In this document: positions 39,357 through 50,086 of the stretch, one piece after another
How positions within the stretch are numbered: position 1 is the stretch's first letter
Layout of the letters: each line of letters begins with the position of its first letter
Origin: Gammaproteobacteria bacterium
GTDB taxonomy: Bacteria; Pseudomonadota; Gammaproteobacteria; GCA-001735895
Assembly: GCA_050288105.1 (NCBI GenBank)
Contig: JBNKDE010000008.1
Coordinates: 22,683-86,682, forward strand
Length of the DNA stretch: 64,000 nucleotides
Direction of reading: 5' to 3'
Position numbers and translations under genes: made by a program
Notes under the pieces: model-generated
What the model was told of the DNA's origin: nothing
What the model saw: only the letters and a program-made list of their open reading frames with translations
Databases searched by the model: none

Positions 39357-40460
39357 ATGAAAAAAATCAATTTAATGTTGTTTATTGGCCTGATGCTGAC
39401 TGCGCTTTGCAGTCATGCGGAACGCATCAAGGATCTTACCGAGATTCAGGGTGTGCGCTCCAATCAGCTGGTCGGTTATGGACTGGTGGTGGGTCTGGAT
39501 GGTACGGGTGATCAAACGGCTCAGACGCCTTTTACGGTGCAGAGCCTGAAAAGTATGCTGTCTCAGTACGGCATTACACTGCCAGCGAATGTAAACCCGC
39601 AGGTAAAGAATATCGCTGCTGTCAGTATCCATGCGGATATTCCTCCCTTCGCCAAGATTGGGCAGAAGATCGATGTTACGGTGTCATCGCTGGGTAATGC
39701 AAAAAGCCTGCGTGGTGGCAGCTTGTTGATGACACCTTTGAAAGGTGCCGATGGCCAGATCTATGCGCTCGCTCAGGGTAACCTGATTGTGGGTGGCCTG
39801 GGGGTTGAAGGCGCCGATGGGTCGCGCGTTTCCGTTAATATTCCCAGCGTAGGGCGTATACCAAACGGGGCCTCTATCGAGAAAGAAGTGAGTAACCCCT
39901 TTGCCCTGGGCGACCATATTACGCTGAACCTGAAACGTCCTGACTTCACTACAGCCCAGCGTCTTGCCGATACCATTAACCATGTACTCGGCCCCAACAA
40001 TGCGTTTGCCAAGGACAGTGTAACGGTTGCTATCAACGCGCCCCGTGATATCTCTCAGCGCGTCGGCTTCATGTCATTTGTGGAAAACCTTGAGTTCCAG
40101 CCAGGCGAGGCGCCTGCGAGGGTGATTGTTAACTCACGTACCGGCACCGTGGTGATCGGCAATCATGTGCGTGTTTATTCTGCAGCGGTATCGCACGGCA
40201 ATATGACAGTGACCATTACCAATACCAATCAGGTCAGTCAGCCGGGAGCACTGTCCGAAGGTGAGACAGTACAGAGTGTACAGAGCGACATAGCCGTGAC
40301 CCAGGATAACAGTCGTATGTTCCTGTTCAATACCGGTGTCACGCTGGATCAGATTGTGCGCGCGGTAAACCAGGTCGGTGCTTCTCCGGGTGACCTGGTG
40401 GCCATTCTGGAATCACTAAAGCAAGTTGGCGCGCTTTCTGCAGAGTTAATTGTAATCTAA
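39357..40460 (+). CDS. flgI: flagellar P-ring protein FlgI
   Basis: Signal peptide, 367 aa, highly conserved FlgI blocks ([13 protein letters not shown]). Confidence 0.95.
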   Translation: MKKINLMLFIGLMLTALCSHAERIKDLTEIQGVRSNQLVGYGLVVGLDGTGDQTAQTPFTVQSLKSMLSQYGITLPANVNPQVKNIAAVSIHADIPPFAKIGQKIDVTVSSLGNAKSLRGGSLLMTPLKGADGQIYALAQGNLIVGGLGVEGADGSRVSVNIPSVGRIPNGASIEKEVSNPFALGDHITLNLKRPDFTTAQRLADTINHVLGPNNAFAKDSVTVAINAPRDISQRVGFMSFVENLEFQPGEAPARVIVNSRTGTVVIGNHVRVYSAAVSHGNMTVTITNTNQVSQPGALSEGETVQSVQSDIAVTQDNSRMFLFNTGVTLDQIVRAVNQVGASPGDLVAILESLKQVGALSAELIVI

Positions 40461-40484
40461 CTTTTTACGAGATGCGTTTAAGCC

Positions 40485-41525
40485 ATGTTGCCTCCTTCAT
40501 CGACAGACCTGTATATGAATATGAGTCAGTTTTCGGACATGAAACTGGCTGCCAGAGAGCATGATGCGAGCGCCAGCAAGGCCGTGGCGCAGCAGTTTGA
40601 AGGCTTATTAGTACAGATGATGCTTAAGGATATGCGTGCTGCTGCCAAATTTGATGAAGCTCAGCATAGCTCGTATATGGACTTTTATACCGATATGTAC
40701 GATAAGCAGATTTCATTGATGCTGTCACAGAATGGCGGTATCGGGCTGGCCGCATTGCTGCAAAGGCAGCTCGATCCGGGTTCCAGCGGGCGGCAGCAAT
40801 CTGCCGCCATTGACGGCAATGAGTTGCCCGTGTATCGACTCCCAACGCAACAAAGCAGCAGTTGGCCTATCAGCAAGGAAGCAGAGTATTTTCCGTTAAA
40901 TCCTGCGCTCAGAGTGCACCAGTTGCTCGATGCTGTGGCACAGCAAAAAGCGCTTAATCCCTCTAATGCAACGCCCGCCAATAACGCTTTGCAAATGCAG
41001 GCAATCGAACCCTTTTATGGCTGGCAGGAAAAACACTCCTTCGTGCAGGACCTTTGGCCACATGCGCAGCAGGCAGCTACTAAGCTGGGTGTCTCCACCG
41101 AGATTCTGGTCGCACAGGCTGCTCTGGAAACTGGCTGGGGGCAACATGCAATGAAAAAACCGGATGGCAGTATTGCGTTTAATCTATTCGGTATCAAGGC
41201 TGGTGCTGACTGGTCCGGTCAACAGGTAACACAGTCTACGCTGGAATTCAGGCAGGGCGCCATGCAACGCGAGCAGGCGACGTTCCGCGCCTATGATTCG
41301 ATTTCCGAAGCGATGCAGGACTATGTGAATTTCGTGCAGTCCAGCCCGCGCTATCAGCAGGCGCTGGATCACCAGGGCAATGACAGAAACTATATTCAGG
41401 GTTTGCAGCAGGGTGGCTATGCCACTGATCCTCGCTATGCAGACAAGATTATTAATATCCGTGATGGCAAAACGCTCAGCAGCGCGCTGGGATCGTTCAC
41501 GTCATCCACTACAGTGTTGAGCTAG
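40485..41525 (+). CDS. flgJ: flagellar rod-assembly protein/peptidoglycan hydrolase FlgJ
   Basis: N-terminal rod-binding block (AAQQFEGLLVQMMLKDMR) and C-terminal glucosaminidase domain (TGWGQHAMKKPDGSIAFNLFGIKAG). Confidence 0.85.
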   Translation: MLPPSSTDLYMNMSQFSDMKLAAREHDASASKAVAQQFEGLLVQMMLKDMRAAAKFDEAQHSSYMDFYTDMYDKQISLMLSQNGGIGLAALLQRQLDPGSSGRQQSAAIDGNELPVYRLPTQQSSSWPISKEAEYFPLNPALRVHQLLDAVAQQKALNPSNATPANNALQMQAIEPFYGWQEKHSFVQDLWPHAQQAATKLGVSTEILVAQAALETGWGQHAMKKPDGSIAFNLFGIKAGADWSGQQVTQSTLEFRQGAMQREQATFRAYDSISEAMQDYVNFVQSSPRYQQALDHQGNDRNYIQGLQQGGYATDPRYADKIINIRDGKTLSSALGSFTSSTTVLS

Positions 41526-41534
41526 GAGACGGTT

Positions 41535-43445
41535 ATGGGTGACATGCTAGGTAACGCGGTCAGTGGTTTACTCTCGTTTCAACGTGCGTTAACCACCACC
41601 AGCCATAATATTGCGAACGTCAACACACCCGGCTACAGCCGTCAAAGTGTGGAGCTGGATACGCGCAACCCGGTGAAACTGGGTGCTGATTATATTGGTA
41701 GCGGAGTTGAGATTACCGATGTCAGACGTGCGTATGACCAGTTTATTACCAGTAATTTGAGAGACAGTACTTCAAACTACACCCGGCTGGAGAAGTTTAC
41801 CGAACTGGCTGGGCAGATAGACGATATCCTGGCCGATCCCCAGGGCGGGCTGTCGCCCGTGCTACAGGAGTTTTTCAGTGCAGTGCAGGATGTTAATGAC
41901 GATCCCTCCTCGGGTTCTGCAAGATACCAGTTGATCAGCGCGGCGGAAACCCTGGTGAGCCGCTTTCATTCCTATGATACGCGTCTTCAATCGGTGGCTA
42001 AAAATACCGAAGGCGAAATAAAAATCAGCGTAGAAGAAATCAACCAGATTACTGCCCAGATCGCTCAGCTAAATGCCACGCTGGAGCAAAACAATGCTTC
42101 GGGTAATCTGGATCAGCAAGCTTCAGATTTACTGGACCAGCGTGATGCGCTGCTGCAGGAGTTGTCTACCAAGGTCAGTATCCAGGTTATTAATGAACGC
42201 CAGAATAACATTACCGTGCTTATCGGTAATGGCCAGACTGTGGTTGCTGGTGGCTCATCATTTGACCTTAACGTGCAACCAGATGTTTCTGACCCCAGCC
42301 GGAGTATCATTGTGTATAACGGTTTATCCTCATCTAGCGATATCAGCGCGCAATTAAACGGTGGTGAACTCGGTGGATTGCTGGATTTCAGGAATAACAT
42401 GCTGGAGCCAGCTATAAATTCACTGGGTAGGATGGCTATCGGGCTGGCAGACAGCTTCAACGATCAGCACAATGAAGGAATGGATTTGCTGGGTAATCTG
42501 GGTGTCGATTTTTTCAGTTTTAACCAGCCTCAGACGATTCAACATACTGCGAATACCGGCACAGCTACGGTTACCACGACCATCACCGACATCAGCCAGT
42601 TGACCACAGAAAACTATACGCTGGCATTTAACGCAGGTGTCTGGACCGTAACATCGACTAGCGGATCTTCCAGCGTGATCACTGCGCCTAGCGATACCTT
42701 TGAAGGTCTCACCTTTAATATTGCTGGTGCTGCAGCTAATGGTGACAGGTTTACCATCAAACCCACAGCAGAAGGCACTGGCTCAATTAATGTCGCTATA
42801 TCAGACCCCAACCTGATTGCTGCTGCTGCCGCTATCAGGACCTCAAGTTCGCTGAACAATCTGGGCGACGCCACCATCAGTCAGGGAGAGGTGACTGATG
42901 CAGCTAACGTGAACCTGCTGACTACGGTCGATCTAACTTTTAATAATCCGGCTACAGATTTTACGGCGACTGCCGATGTAGTGGTTAATGGTGTTACCTA
43001 TGCAGCGGGCAGCAATATTCCCTACAGTAAAAACATGCAGATAGAATCCAATGGCTGGCAGGTCAGTCTGGATGGTAATCCCCAGGCTGGTGATACGTTT
43101 TCAATTGAGTCAAATCAGGGTGGCAGGGGAGACAATAGAAACGGATTGGCGCTTTCAAATCTCCAGATACAGGGTATTTTTGATCGCGGTACGAATAGCT
43201 ATCAGGAAGCCTATAGCACGGTTGTAGGACGCATTGGTTCGCTAGCTAGCTCAGCGATGAATGATCGCGATGCACAGGAAGCACTGATGACGCAGGCGGA
43301 AGACCGCAGAAGCCAGCTAGCGGGTGTGAACCTGGATGAAGAGGCCGCGGACCTGATTAAATATCAACAGGCTTATGAAGCAGCAGCGCGGGTGATCACG
43401 GTTGCTCAAACATTGTTTCAATCACTGATTGATTCCACGAGGTAG
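41535..43445 (+). CDS. flgK: flagellar hook-associated protein 1 FlgK
   Basis: Conserved N-terminus (ALTTTSHNIANVNTPGYSRQ) and C-terminus (NLDEEAADLIKYQQAYEAAARV); 636 aa. Confidence 0.9.
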   Translation: MGDMLGNAVSGLLSFQRALTTTSHNIANVNTPGYSRQSVELDTRNPVKLGADYIGSGVEITDVRRAYDQFITSNLRDSTSNYTRLEKFTELAGQIDDILADPQGGLSPVLQEFFSAVQDVNDDPSSGSARYQLISAAETLVSRFHSYDTRLQSVAKNTEGEIKISVEEINQITAQIAQLNATLEQNNASGNLDQQASDLLDQRDALLQELSTKVSIQVINERQNNITVLIGNGQTVVAGGSSFDLNVQPDVSDPSRSIIVYNGLSSSSDISAQLNGGELGGLLDFRNNMLEPAINSLGRMAIGLADSFNDQHNEGMDLLGNLGVDFFSFNQPQTIQHTANTGTATVTTTITDISQLTTENYTLAFNAGVWTVTSTSGSSSVITAPSDTFEGLTFNIAGAAANGDRFTIKPTAEGTGSINVAISDPNLIAAAAAIRTSSSLNNLGDATISQGEVTDAANVNLLTTVDLTFNNPATDFTATADVVVNGVTYAAGSNIPYSKNMQIESNGWQVSLDGNPQAGDTFSIESNQGGRGDNRNGLALSNLQIQGIFDRGTNSYQEAYSTVVGRIGSLASSAMNDRDAQEALMTQAEDRRSQLAGVNLDEEAADLIKYQQAYEAAARVITVAQTLFQSLIDSTR

Positions 43446-43447
43446 TC

Positions 43448-44659
43448 ATGCGAATTTCAACTACACAGATCTATGGTCAGGGACTGAAGGCTTTTGGTGA
43501 GCAGCAGGCCAAACTGGCTAAACTGCAGCAACAGATCTCTACCGGGCAACGCCTGACCAAGCCCTCCGATGATCCGGCGGCCTCTGCAAGAGTGCTGGAG
43601 CTGGAACAGACTGTCGCTATTAACGAACAATATCAGTCCAATATCAGCCAGGCGCAACATCGCCTGCAGTTGGCGGATACCACGCTCGATTCGATTGAGA
43701 ATATAATGCAACGTGTCAGGGAACTGGTGATCCAGGGAAATAATGCCACCATGAGTGCAGAGTCTCGCGATGCGATAGCCAATGAAATCGACGAGCGGTA
43801 TAAGGAATTGATATCGCTGTCCAATACGACCGATGAAAATGGTGATTACCTGTTTGCCGGGTATCAAAATCAGTCCGTGCCATTTACAGAGCTAACCACG
43901 GGCTCAATCCAGCAGGTGCAGTTTAATGGCGACCAGGGACATCGATATTTTCAGATTAGCCAGAGCCGTCAGATTGATGCAAGCATCAATGGGTCAGAAG
44001 TATTTATGCAGGTGTCCAGCAGCAGTGGCTTAAATGAATTTAGCGCTGCGGGCAATACCGGTACTGGAACTATGGCGGCTGCGCATGTCATTGATCAAAC
44101 GCAATATGTTCCTGGTGATTACCAGATCGTATTCTCCGATCCAGCCGCACCACCTCAAACCTATGACGTGATTGATCTTTCCGGGCCAACTACTATCGTT
44201 GCGGGTGCCATTTATACTGATGGAGACATGATTGATTTCCAGGGTATACGCACGAGTATTACCGGCACCCCGGCAAATGGAGACAGCTTTACCATCAGTT
44301 CGGGTCAGTATCAGGATATTTTCAGTGTTTTAAAAAACACCTCTGAAACGTTACGGGCCTCTGGTTCGAGTGATGTGAGGGCAGCAAATCTGGCGCAGGC
44401 GCTATCGGATATCGATTCAGCGATGACGAACCTTATCGAGAGTCGAACCAAGGTCGGTGGCCGGCTAAATGCGGCTGAAAGCCAGGCAGCGGACAATGAA
44501 GCTTTCATTCTGGCAACCAATGAATCACTAGGGGTGCTGCGTGATACTGATCTCGCTGAAGCCATTAGCCAGTTATCTCTGGAGCAAACGATTCTGGATG
44601 CTGCACAGGCTGTATTTTCACGTATCACCCGTTCTTCTTTGTTCAATTATTTGCGTTGA
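43448..44659 (+). CDS. flgL: flagellar hook-associated protein 3 FlgL
   Basis: Flagellin-like N-terminus (MRISTTQIY) and a C-terminal helical segment; 403 aa. Confidence 0.85.
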   Translation: MRISTTQIYGQGLKAFGEQQAKLAKLQQQISTGQRLTKPSDDPAASARVLELEQTVAINEQYQSNISQAQHRLQLADTTLDSIENIMQRVRELVIQGNNATMSAESRDAIANEIDERYKELISLSNTTDENGDYLFAGYQNQSVPFTELTTGSIQQVQFNGDQGHRYFQISQSRQIDASINGSEVFMQVSSSSGLNEFSAAGNTGTGTMAAAHVIDQTQYVPGDYQIVFSDPAAPPQTYDVIDLSGPTTIVAGAIYTDGDMIDFQGIRTSITGTPANGDSFTISSGQYQDIFSVLKNTSETLRASGSSDVRAANLAQALSDIDSAMTNLIESRTKVGGRLNAAESQAADNEAFILATNESLGVLRDTDLAEAISQLSLEQTILDAAQAVFSRITRSSLFNYLR

Positions 44660-44807
44660 AACAGAGAGCCTGCGACTGCATTATTTGCTAAATTTTGCTT
44701 TAAAGGGCTTTGTTGATGTGCAACTTGCTGATTTTATTGGCTTTAGTGATCAGCAAAGGCTTCGTTCAGGTTTCCATATTTCTTCAATCTTCATCCAAAA
44801 AAAATCC

Positions 44808-44834
44808 TAAAGTATTTTCCCTTGTTGCCGTTAA
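44808..44834 (+). promoter_or_regulatory. sigma-28 (FliA) class III flagellar promoter for fliC
   Basis: TAAAG-N14-GCCGTTAA has one mismatch to the TAAAGTTT-N11-GCCGATAA consensus. It lies about 90 nt upstream of the fliC ATG. Confidence 0.6.
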
Positions 44835-44925
44835 CTACACTGAGAGGGAAAACCAGGCAGCATCGGTGACCCGGAATTTTTAACGTTTGGCGCTGAAAAA
44901 AGCGTGGAATTTAGGAGAGATTACA

Positions 44926-46440
44926 ATGCCTCAATTTATTAACACTAATGTGGCCTCGCTCAATACTCAGCGAGCCTTAAATATGTCCCAAACAGCATTG
45001 CAAACATCCCTGCAGCGTTTATCTTCTGGTTTGCGTATCAATAGCGCAAAGGACGATGCTGCGGGTCTTGCGATTTCTGACCGGATGACTTCTCAAATTC
45101 GTGGTATTAACCAGGCTGTGCGTAATGCCAACGACGGTGTGTCTCTGGCACAAACCGCAGAAGGTGCACTGCAGGAAATTACCAATAACTTACAGCGTGT
45201 TCGCGAGCTGGCGGTTCAGTCAGCGAATGCAACCAACAGTACCAGTGACCGTGCTGCACTGGATCAGGAAGTACAGCAGCTACTGGCTGAAATAGATCGT
45301 GTTGCCTCTCAGACTTCCTTTAACGGTCAGAATGTTATCGATGGTAACTTTGGTAACGCCATATTCCAGGTTGGTGATAAGGTAGGTCAAACCATTACCC
45401 TGAATCTGAGTTCCAGTATGCGTACCGACGCTATTGGCCAGATTGCCCAGGGTACGTCTTCAGTTGAAGTGACTACTGCAAACCTGACCGGAACCGGAAC
45501 TATTGCCGTAGGCTTGAATAGTGCCGTAACCATCGGTGCTGCGACAGCCGGTCAGTCTGCTGGTCAATCAGTAGGAAGTGCCTACGCGAAAGCGAATGCG
45601 ATTAACTCTGCCGGTGTTTCTGGCCTGACCACCACTGCCTCTAACAATATTGAGTTACAGGTTGGAGATGCCGTATTAGCTGATGGTGAAACCTTCCAGT
45701 TACGTATCAACGGTGCCACTATTTTTGACTACACCTCATCTGGTGCGAATACCATCACTTCACAGACTATCGTGGATACCATCAATGCAAACCAGAATGA
45801 CACTGGTGTAAGTGCGGTTCTTAATGGTACTAACCTGCTGTTATCTACTACCGATGGTCGCGATATCGCGATTGGTCAAACCGGAACCGGTGTGGCAGGT
45901 ACTGAAGGTGTTTCAGTTGGCACCCAGACAACTACTACTCTGAATGGTGTTACCTACTATCAGGGCACTATCGGTACCTATGCCAATGCTACCGATGGCA
46001 GTACTGATGCCACTGCCGTCAACGGTGGTCGTCTAACTCTGACAGCAAATGAAACAATCACTGTAACTGGTGATGGAGCCATATTGGGTTTTGCTGCAGC
46101 TAATACTACTATCGCAAAAGACTCAACAACCATTTCAACTGTGGATGTTAAGACTGTGGATAACGCTGAAGACACCATGTACCGTGTAGACGCAGCGCTT
46201 TCATCAGTCAGTAGCCTGAGAAGTACATTCGGTGCGATTCAGAATCGTTTTCAGTCTGTTATTGCGAACCTGCAGACTACTGCAGAAAATGTAACAGCTG
46301 CTAGAAGCCGTATTAAGGATGCTGACTTTGCTGCAGAAACAGCAGAATTGACCAGGAACCAGATACTGCAACAGGCTGGTATCGCGATGCTGTCACAGGC
46401 GAATGCGGCACCACAGAACGTACTGGCATTGCTTCAATAA
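44926..46440 (+). CDS. fliC: flagellin
   Basis: Conserved D0/D1 termini (INTNVASLNTQRALN... and ...RNQILQQAGIAMLSQANAAPQNVLALLQ) with a variable Thr/Gly/Ala-rich central region. AGGAGAG RBS. Confidence 0.95.
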   Translation: MPQFINTNVASLNTQRALNMSQTALQTSLQRLSSGLRINSAKDDAAGLAISDRMTSQIRGINQAVRNANDGVSLAQTAEGALQEITNNLQRVRELAVQSANATNSTSDRAALDQEVQQLLAEIDRVASQTSFNGQNVIDGNFGNAIFQVGDKVGQTITLNLSSSMRTDAIGQIAQGTSSVEVTTANLTGTGTIAVGLNSAVTIGAATAGQSAGQSVGSAYAKANAINSAGVSGLTTTASNNIELQVGDAVLADGETFQLRINGATIFDYTSSGANTITSQTIVDTINANQNDTGVSAVLNGTNLLLSTTDGRDIAIGQTGTGVAGTEGVSVGTQTTTTLNGVTYYQGTIGTYANATDGSTDATAVNGGRLTLTANETITVTGDGAILGFAAANTTIAKDSTTISTVDVKTVDNAEDTMYRVDAALSSVSSLRSTFGAIQNRFQSVIANLQTTAENVTAARSRIKDADFAAETAELTRNQILQQAGIAMLSQANAAPQNVLALLQ

Positions 46441-46502
46441 TAGAGGTTAGAGGATCGGCTTGGTAATAAAAGCCGGTCCTCTACTCAAAGCGGAGAAGAA
46501 AC

Positions 46503-46925
46503 ATGGCTAACGAGATTTCAAGTATGGTTCAGGCACAAGTGCCCGCACCTGCACAAAAATCGGGCCAGTTTGTTAAGCTTGAAGCTGCTAACGTGCCTGA
46601 GATGCGCGGCCAGTCCTTGCCTGAAGAAGGTCAGAAATTGCCCCAGCAGGAAAGTAAACAGTCAGTAGATCAGTCTCAGCTTCGTGAAGCTGTCAGCCAG
46701 ATCAATAGTTTTGTGCAGAGTGTACAACGCGATCTTTCCTTTAGTTTGGATGAGGGTAGCGGACGTACCATAATCAAGGTTATTGATTCTGAAAGTGGAA
46801 AACTGGTAAGGCAGATACCATCAGAAGAAGTATTGGCCCTTGCATCGTATCTGCAGGATATGAAGCAGGAAAGCACGACTGGTGGTACAGTTCCTTCAGG
46901 GATATTATTCTCTGATCGTACTTAG
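46503..46925 (+). CDS. flaG: flagellar protein FlaG
   Basis: 140 aa. The C-terminal block RDLSFSLDEGSGRTIIKVIDSESGKLVRQIPSEEVL is typical of FlaG. Confidence 0.8.
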   Translation: MANEISSMVQAQVPAPAQKSGQFVKLEAANVPEMRGQSLPEEGQKLPQQESKQSVDQSQLREAVSQINSFVQSVQRDLSFSLDEGSGRTIIKVIDSESGKLVRQIPSEEVLALASYLQDMKQESTTGGTVPSGILFSDRT

Positions 46926-47106
46926 AGGAACTGGTCTGTTTTTTGCAAACTAACTTAAGTACTGACCAGGAGGGAAATGGAGGCATCCATTTCCCTCTGA
47001 TTTCAGGAAAGTGGCTAATTTCCTGAAAACAACCGCAGATGCTGTACATCTGCTATGCTTTTACAAACGATTCAGATTGATTTGATCTGCAAGGTGAGAT
47101 ACAGCA

Positions 47107-49149
47107 ATGGCTACCATTAGTTCTTTAGGCATAGGTTCTGGACTTGACTTGTCGTCTATAGTGACCGGACTGGTGGACGCTGAGCGGGCTCCGACAGAGC
47201 AACGTCTGAACCTGAAAGAAGAAACCCTTACCGCCAAATTATCAGCATTCGGTGCGTTAAAAAGCTCTTTATCCCTGTTCCAGGGAAGCATGAGTAATCT
47301 GTTATCAGCCTCAACCTACAATATCAAAACGGCTTCTTCCTCGGATGAGTCCGTGTTTTCGACTTCGGTAACCAGTAATGCAGATAACGGAAGTTATGCA
47401 GTAGAAGTTACCGCACTGGCAAAATCTCATTCCCTGGCAACCAGTGCAGATACCGTGTTTGCAGACGTTAACGATACGGTTGGCACTGGCACTTTAACTA
47501 TCAGGTTTGGTACTACGGGTAGCGGGCCATATTCCTTTACTCAGGATACCAGCAAGGCGACACAGACAATTACTGTCAGCGAAGCGAATAACAATACGAC
47601 GCTTACTGGATTAAAGGATTACATCAATAACAGTGATTTTGGAGTCAGCGCTTCCATCGTTAATGATGGTAATGGCTACCGCTTAACGCTGACATCAGAA
47701 AGTACGGGTGCCAGCAACAGTATGGAAATTACGGTAAGCGGCGATATTGATGGTGATAATAACGATAATGCTGGACTCTCACAGCTGGCCTTTAATTCAT
47801 TGGCACAAACCAGTATGTTGCAAACGGTTAGTGCTCAGGATGCCGCTTTAACCATCAATGGTCTGGATATAACTCGTGAAACCAATACCGTTACAGGTGC
47901 CATCGACGGTGTCACGCTGAATCTGATAAAAGCCGATATAGGCAATATCGTGAACGTGACTGTCGGTGAAAATATTAATGACCTGAGTGCGGGCATTCAG
48001 GAATTTGTACAAGGTTACAATGGTTTAGTCGAGACTATCAATACACTGACCAGATACGACCCCGAAACAGAAACGGCAGGCCTGCTGATTGGTGATTCGA
48101 CCGTGCGAGGAATTCGTAATCAACTGCGTTCAGTGATCAGTAACTCAGTCGCTGAATTATCGGGGAATATACAATCGCTGGCAGATATCGGTATCAAGAC
48201 CAATGCGAATGGCACACTGGATCTGGATGCAGCAAAGCTCAGCAGTGCGCTTGCCAGCTATCCGACCGAGGTAACTGCTTTATTCAGCTTGCAGGGCAGG
48301 CCGACTGATTCTAATGTGGGTTATTTATCGGCAACCTCAGATACTCAGGTGGGCAATTATGCGCTCAATATTACCACTATGGGGAGCCAGGCAGTTTACA
48401 ATGGTGCCTTAGTCAATAATTTAACCATTGATGCCAATAATGATGAGTTCACTATCAGGGTAGATGGTGTGACATCAAGTTCTATACTGCTTACGCAGGG
48501 TGTGTATGCTGATGGCGATGCACTGGCCGCTCATATTCAGGCTCAGATCAATAACGATGAAAACCTCAGGAACAATGGCGCAGCGGTAAGTGTTGTTTAT
48601 GATGCTTTAAACAATGAATTTGATATTAATTCAGTACGATATGGTTCCGAGTCCACGCTGGAATTTGTAACGGTGGACACCAATACCAGCAATGATCTGG
48701 GCTTTTCAGCAGGTAGCGGCACCGATGGCGTTGATGTCGCAGGTACGATCAATGGTTCCCTCGCTACCGGGGACGGGCAGGTACTGACCAGTTCAGCAGG
48801 AGCGAGCGAAGGACTGTCGCTGTTAATATCTTCTGGGACGACTGGAAATCGTGGTTCCGTGTCGTTTTCGCGCGGTATCGCCGTCACTCTTGAAGATATT
48901 ATTTCCAGCTTTCTGGACAGTGACACTGGATATATTTCAACTCGGGAAGACGGGTTAAACAGCGATCTGGAAGCGATCAGTGATCAACGGGTAAAACTAA
49001 ATACACGTGTGGCAAGTCTTGAAGCCCGTCTGGTTGCCCAATTCTCGGCGCTGGATAGCCTGATTGCCAACTTTAATGCAACCAGCACTTATCTGGAACA
49101 GCAGTTACAGAATTTACCTAAGCCCAATTCGATTGGTAAAAATAATTAA
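47107..49149 (+). CDS. fliD: flagellar filament cap protein FliD (hook-associated protein 2), unusually long (680 aa)
   Basis: Conserved N-terminus (ISSLGIGSGLDLSSIVTGLVDAERAP) and C-terminal coiled coil, with an expanded central region. Confidence 0.9.
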   Translation: MATISSLGIGSGLDLSSIVTGLVDAERAPTEQRLNLKEETLTAKLSAFGALKSSLSLFQGSMSNLLSASTYNIKTASSSDESVFSTSVTSNADNGSYAVEVTALAKSHSLATSADTVFADVNDTVGTGTLTIRFGTTGSGPYSFTQDTSKATQTITVSEANNNTTLTGLKDYINNSDFGVSASIVNDGNGYRLTLTSESTGASNSMEITVSGDIDGDNNDNAGLSQLAFNSLAQTSMLQTVSAQDAALTINGLDITRETNTVTGAIDGVTLNLIKADIGNIVNVTVGENINDLSAGIQEFVQGYNGLVETINTLTRYDPETETAGLLIGDSTVRGIRNQLRSVISNSVAELSGNIQSLADIGIKTNANGTLDLDAAKLSSALASYPTEVTALFSLQGRPTDSNVGYLSATSDTQVGNYALNITTMGSQAVYNGALVNNLTIDANNDEFTIRVDGVTSSSILLTQGVYADGDALAAHIQAQINNDENLRNNGAAVSVVYDALNNEFDINSVRYGSESTLEFVTVDTNTSNDLGFSAGSGTDGVDVAGTINGSLATGDGQVLTSSAGASEGLSLLISSGTTGNRGSVSFSRGIAVTLEDIISSFLDSDTGYISTREDGLNSDLEAISDQRVKLNTRVASLEARLVAQFSALDSLIANFNATSTYLEQQLQNLPKPNSIGKNN

Positions 49150-49203
49150 TCCAGTTGAATGCTAAGCTTTTGCGCCTGTCGGTCGATATAGAGAATAGGT
49201 ATC

Positions 49204-49611
49204 GTGGAGAAAAATATGAATAACCTGGCTAATAATGCCGTTGCGGAATATAAAAATACCAGCAACAGCTCGATTGCTTATGCTGATCCTCATCAGCTGA
49301 TTCTGCGTTTAATGAATGGGGCGATTGAAAGAATAGCGCAGGCTAAAGGCGCTATGCTGCAAAAGAATTTAAAAAATAAGGGAGAACTCATCAGTAAAGC
49401 GATGGGAATTATTACAGGTTTAAGCTCCTGTCTTGACCATAATCAGGGAAGTGATTTATCAAACAACCTCGAATCTTTATACGAGTACATGAATATGAGC
49501 CTGCTGGAAGCTAATGTGAAAGACGATACCGGTAAGCTGGATGAGGTTTCAAAACTCCTGCAGGAAATCCGCTCAGCGTGGGTACAGATAGCACCACACG
49601 AAAATATTTAG
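49204..49611 (+). CDS. fliS: flagellin-specific chaperone FliS
   Basis: AYADPHQLILRLMNGAIERI motif and four-helix length. The start may be the downstream Met at 49216. Confidence 0.9.
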   Translation: MEKNMNNLANNAVAEYKNTSNSSIAYADPHQLILRLMNGAIERIAQAKGAMLQKNLKNKGELISKAMGIITGLSSCLDHNQGSDLSNNLESLYEYMNMSLLEANVKDDTGKLDEVSKLLQEIRSAWVQIAPHENI

Positions 49612-49626
49612 TCGCTCGTTAAATTC

Positions 49627-49920
49627 ATGCCTCAAATGAACGCACCGGATGATGCAATTGATGTCAGTCAAAAAATACTTCAGGCAATCCAGCATGCTGA
49701 TCTTGAAAAAGTAGCATCACTGGAGCAGGAGTGGAAATCCCTGATAGAGGGTTATTTCTCATCTGGAAACGATCTGGATCTTCAGCAAACCCAGCAGCTC
49801 AAGCAGTTAAATGATGAGATCCTGATACAGTTGACTGATATGCAATCCACACTCAAGGAACAGCGCGCCAAACTCATCAAAGGCAGCCGGGCATCTAACG
49901 CTTACCTCGATAATTTGTAA
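49627..49920 (+). CDS. fliT: putative flagellar chaperone FliT (FliS'-position protein)
   Basis: 97-aa helical protein immediately after fliS, as in Pseudomonas fliDSS'/fliT operons. Sequence similarity alone is weak. Confidence 0.45.
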   Translation: MPQMNAPDDAIDVSQKILQAIQHADLEKVASLEQEWKSLIEGYFSSGNDLDLQQTQQLKQLNDEILIQLTDMQSTLKEQRAKLIKGSRASNAYLDNL

Positions 49921-50086
49921 AAAAACTTTATTTTAAAAACTAACAAAATCAGCTAGTTGCGTTGATTTTTAAATTCCTGTCAATTTTTTGTCGATTTTCT
50001 GCCAATTTACTCTAAAATCTGGTTAATATTTGTTCCGGCGGTGGCATTGTTCGGAGTAAAAACAAAATTATAACTAGCGGCTCACT

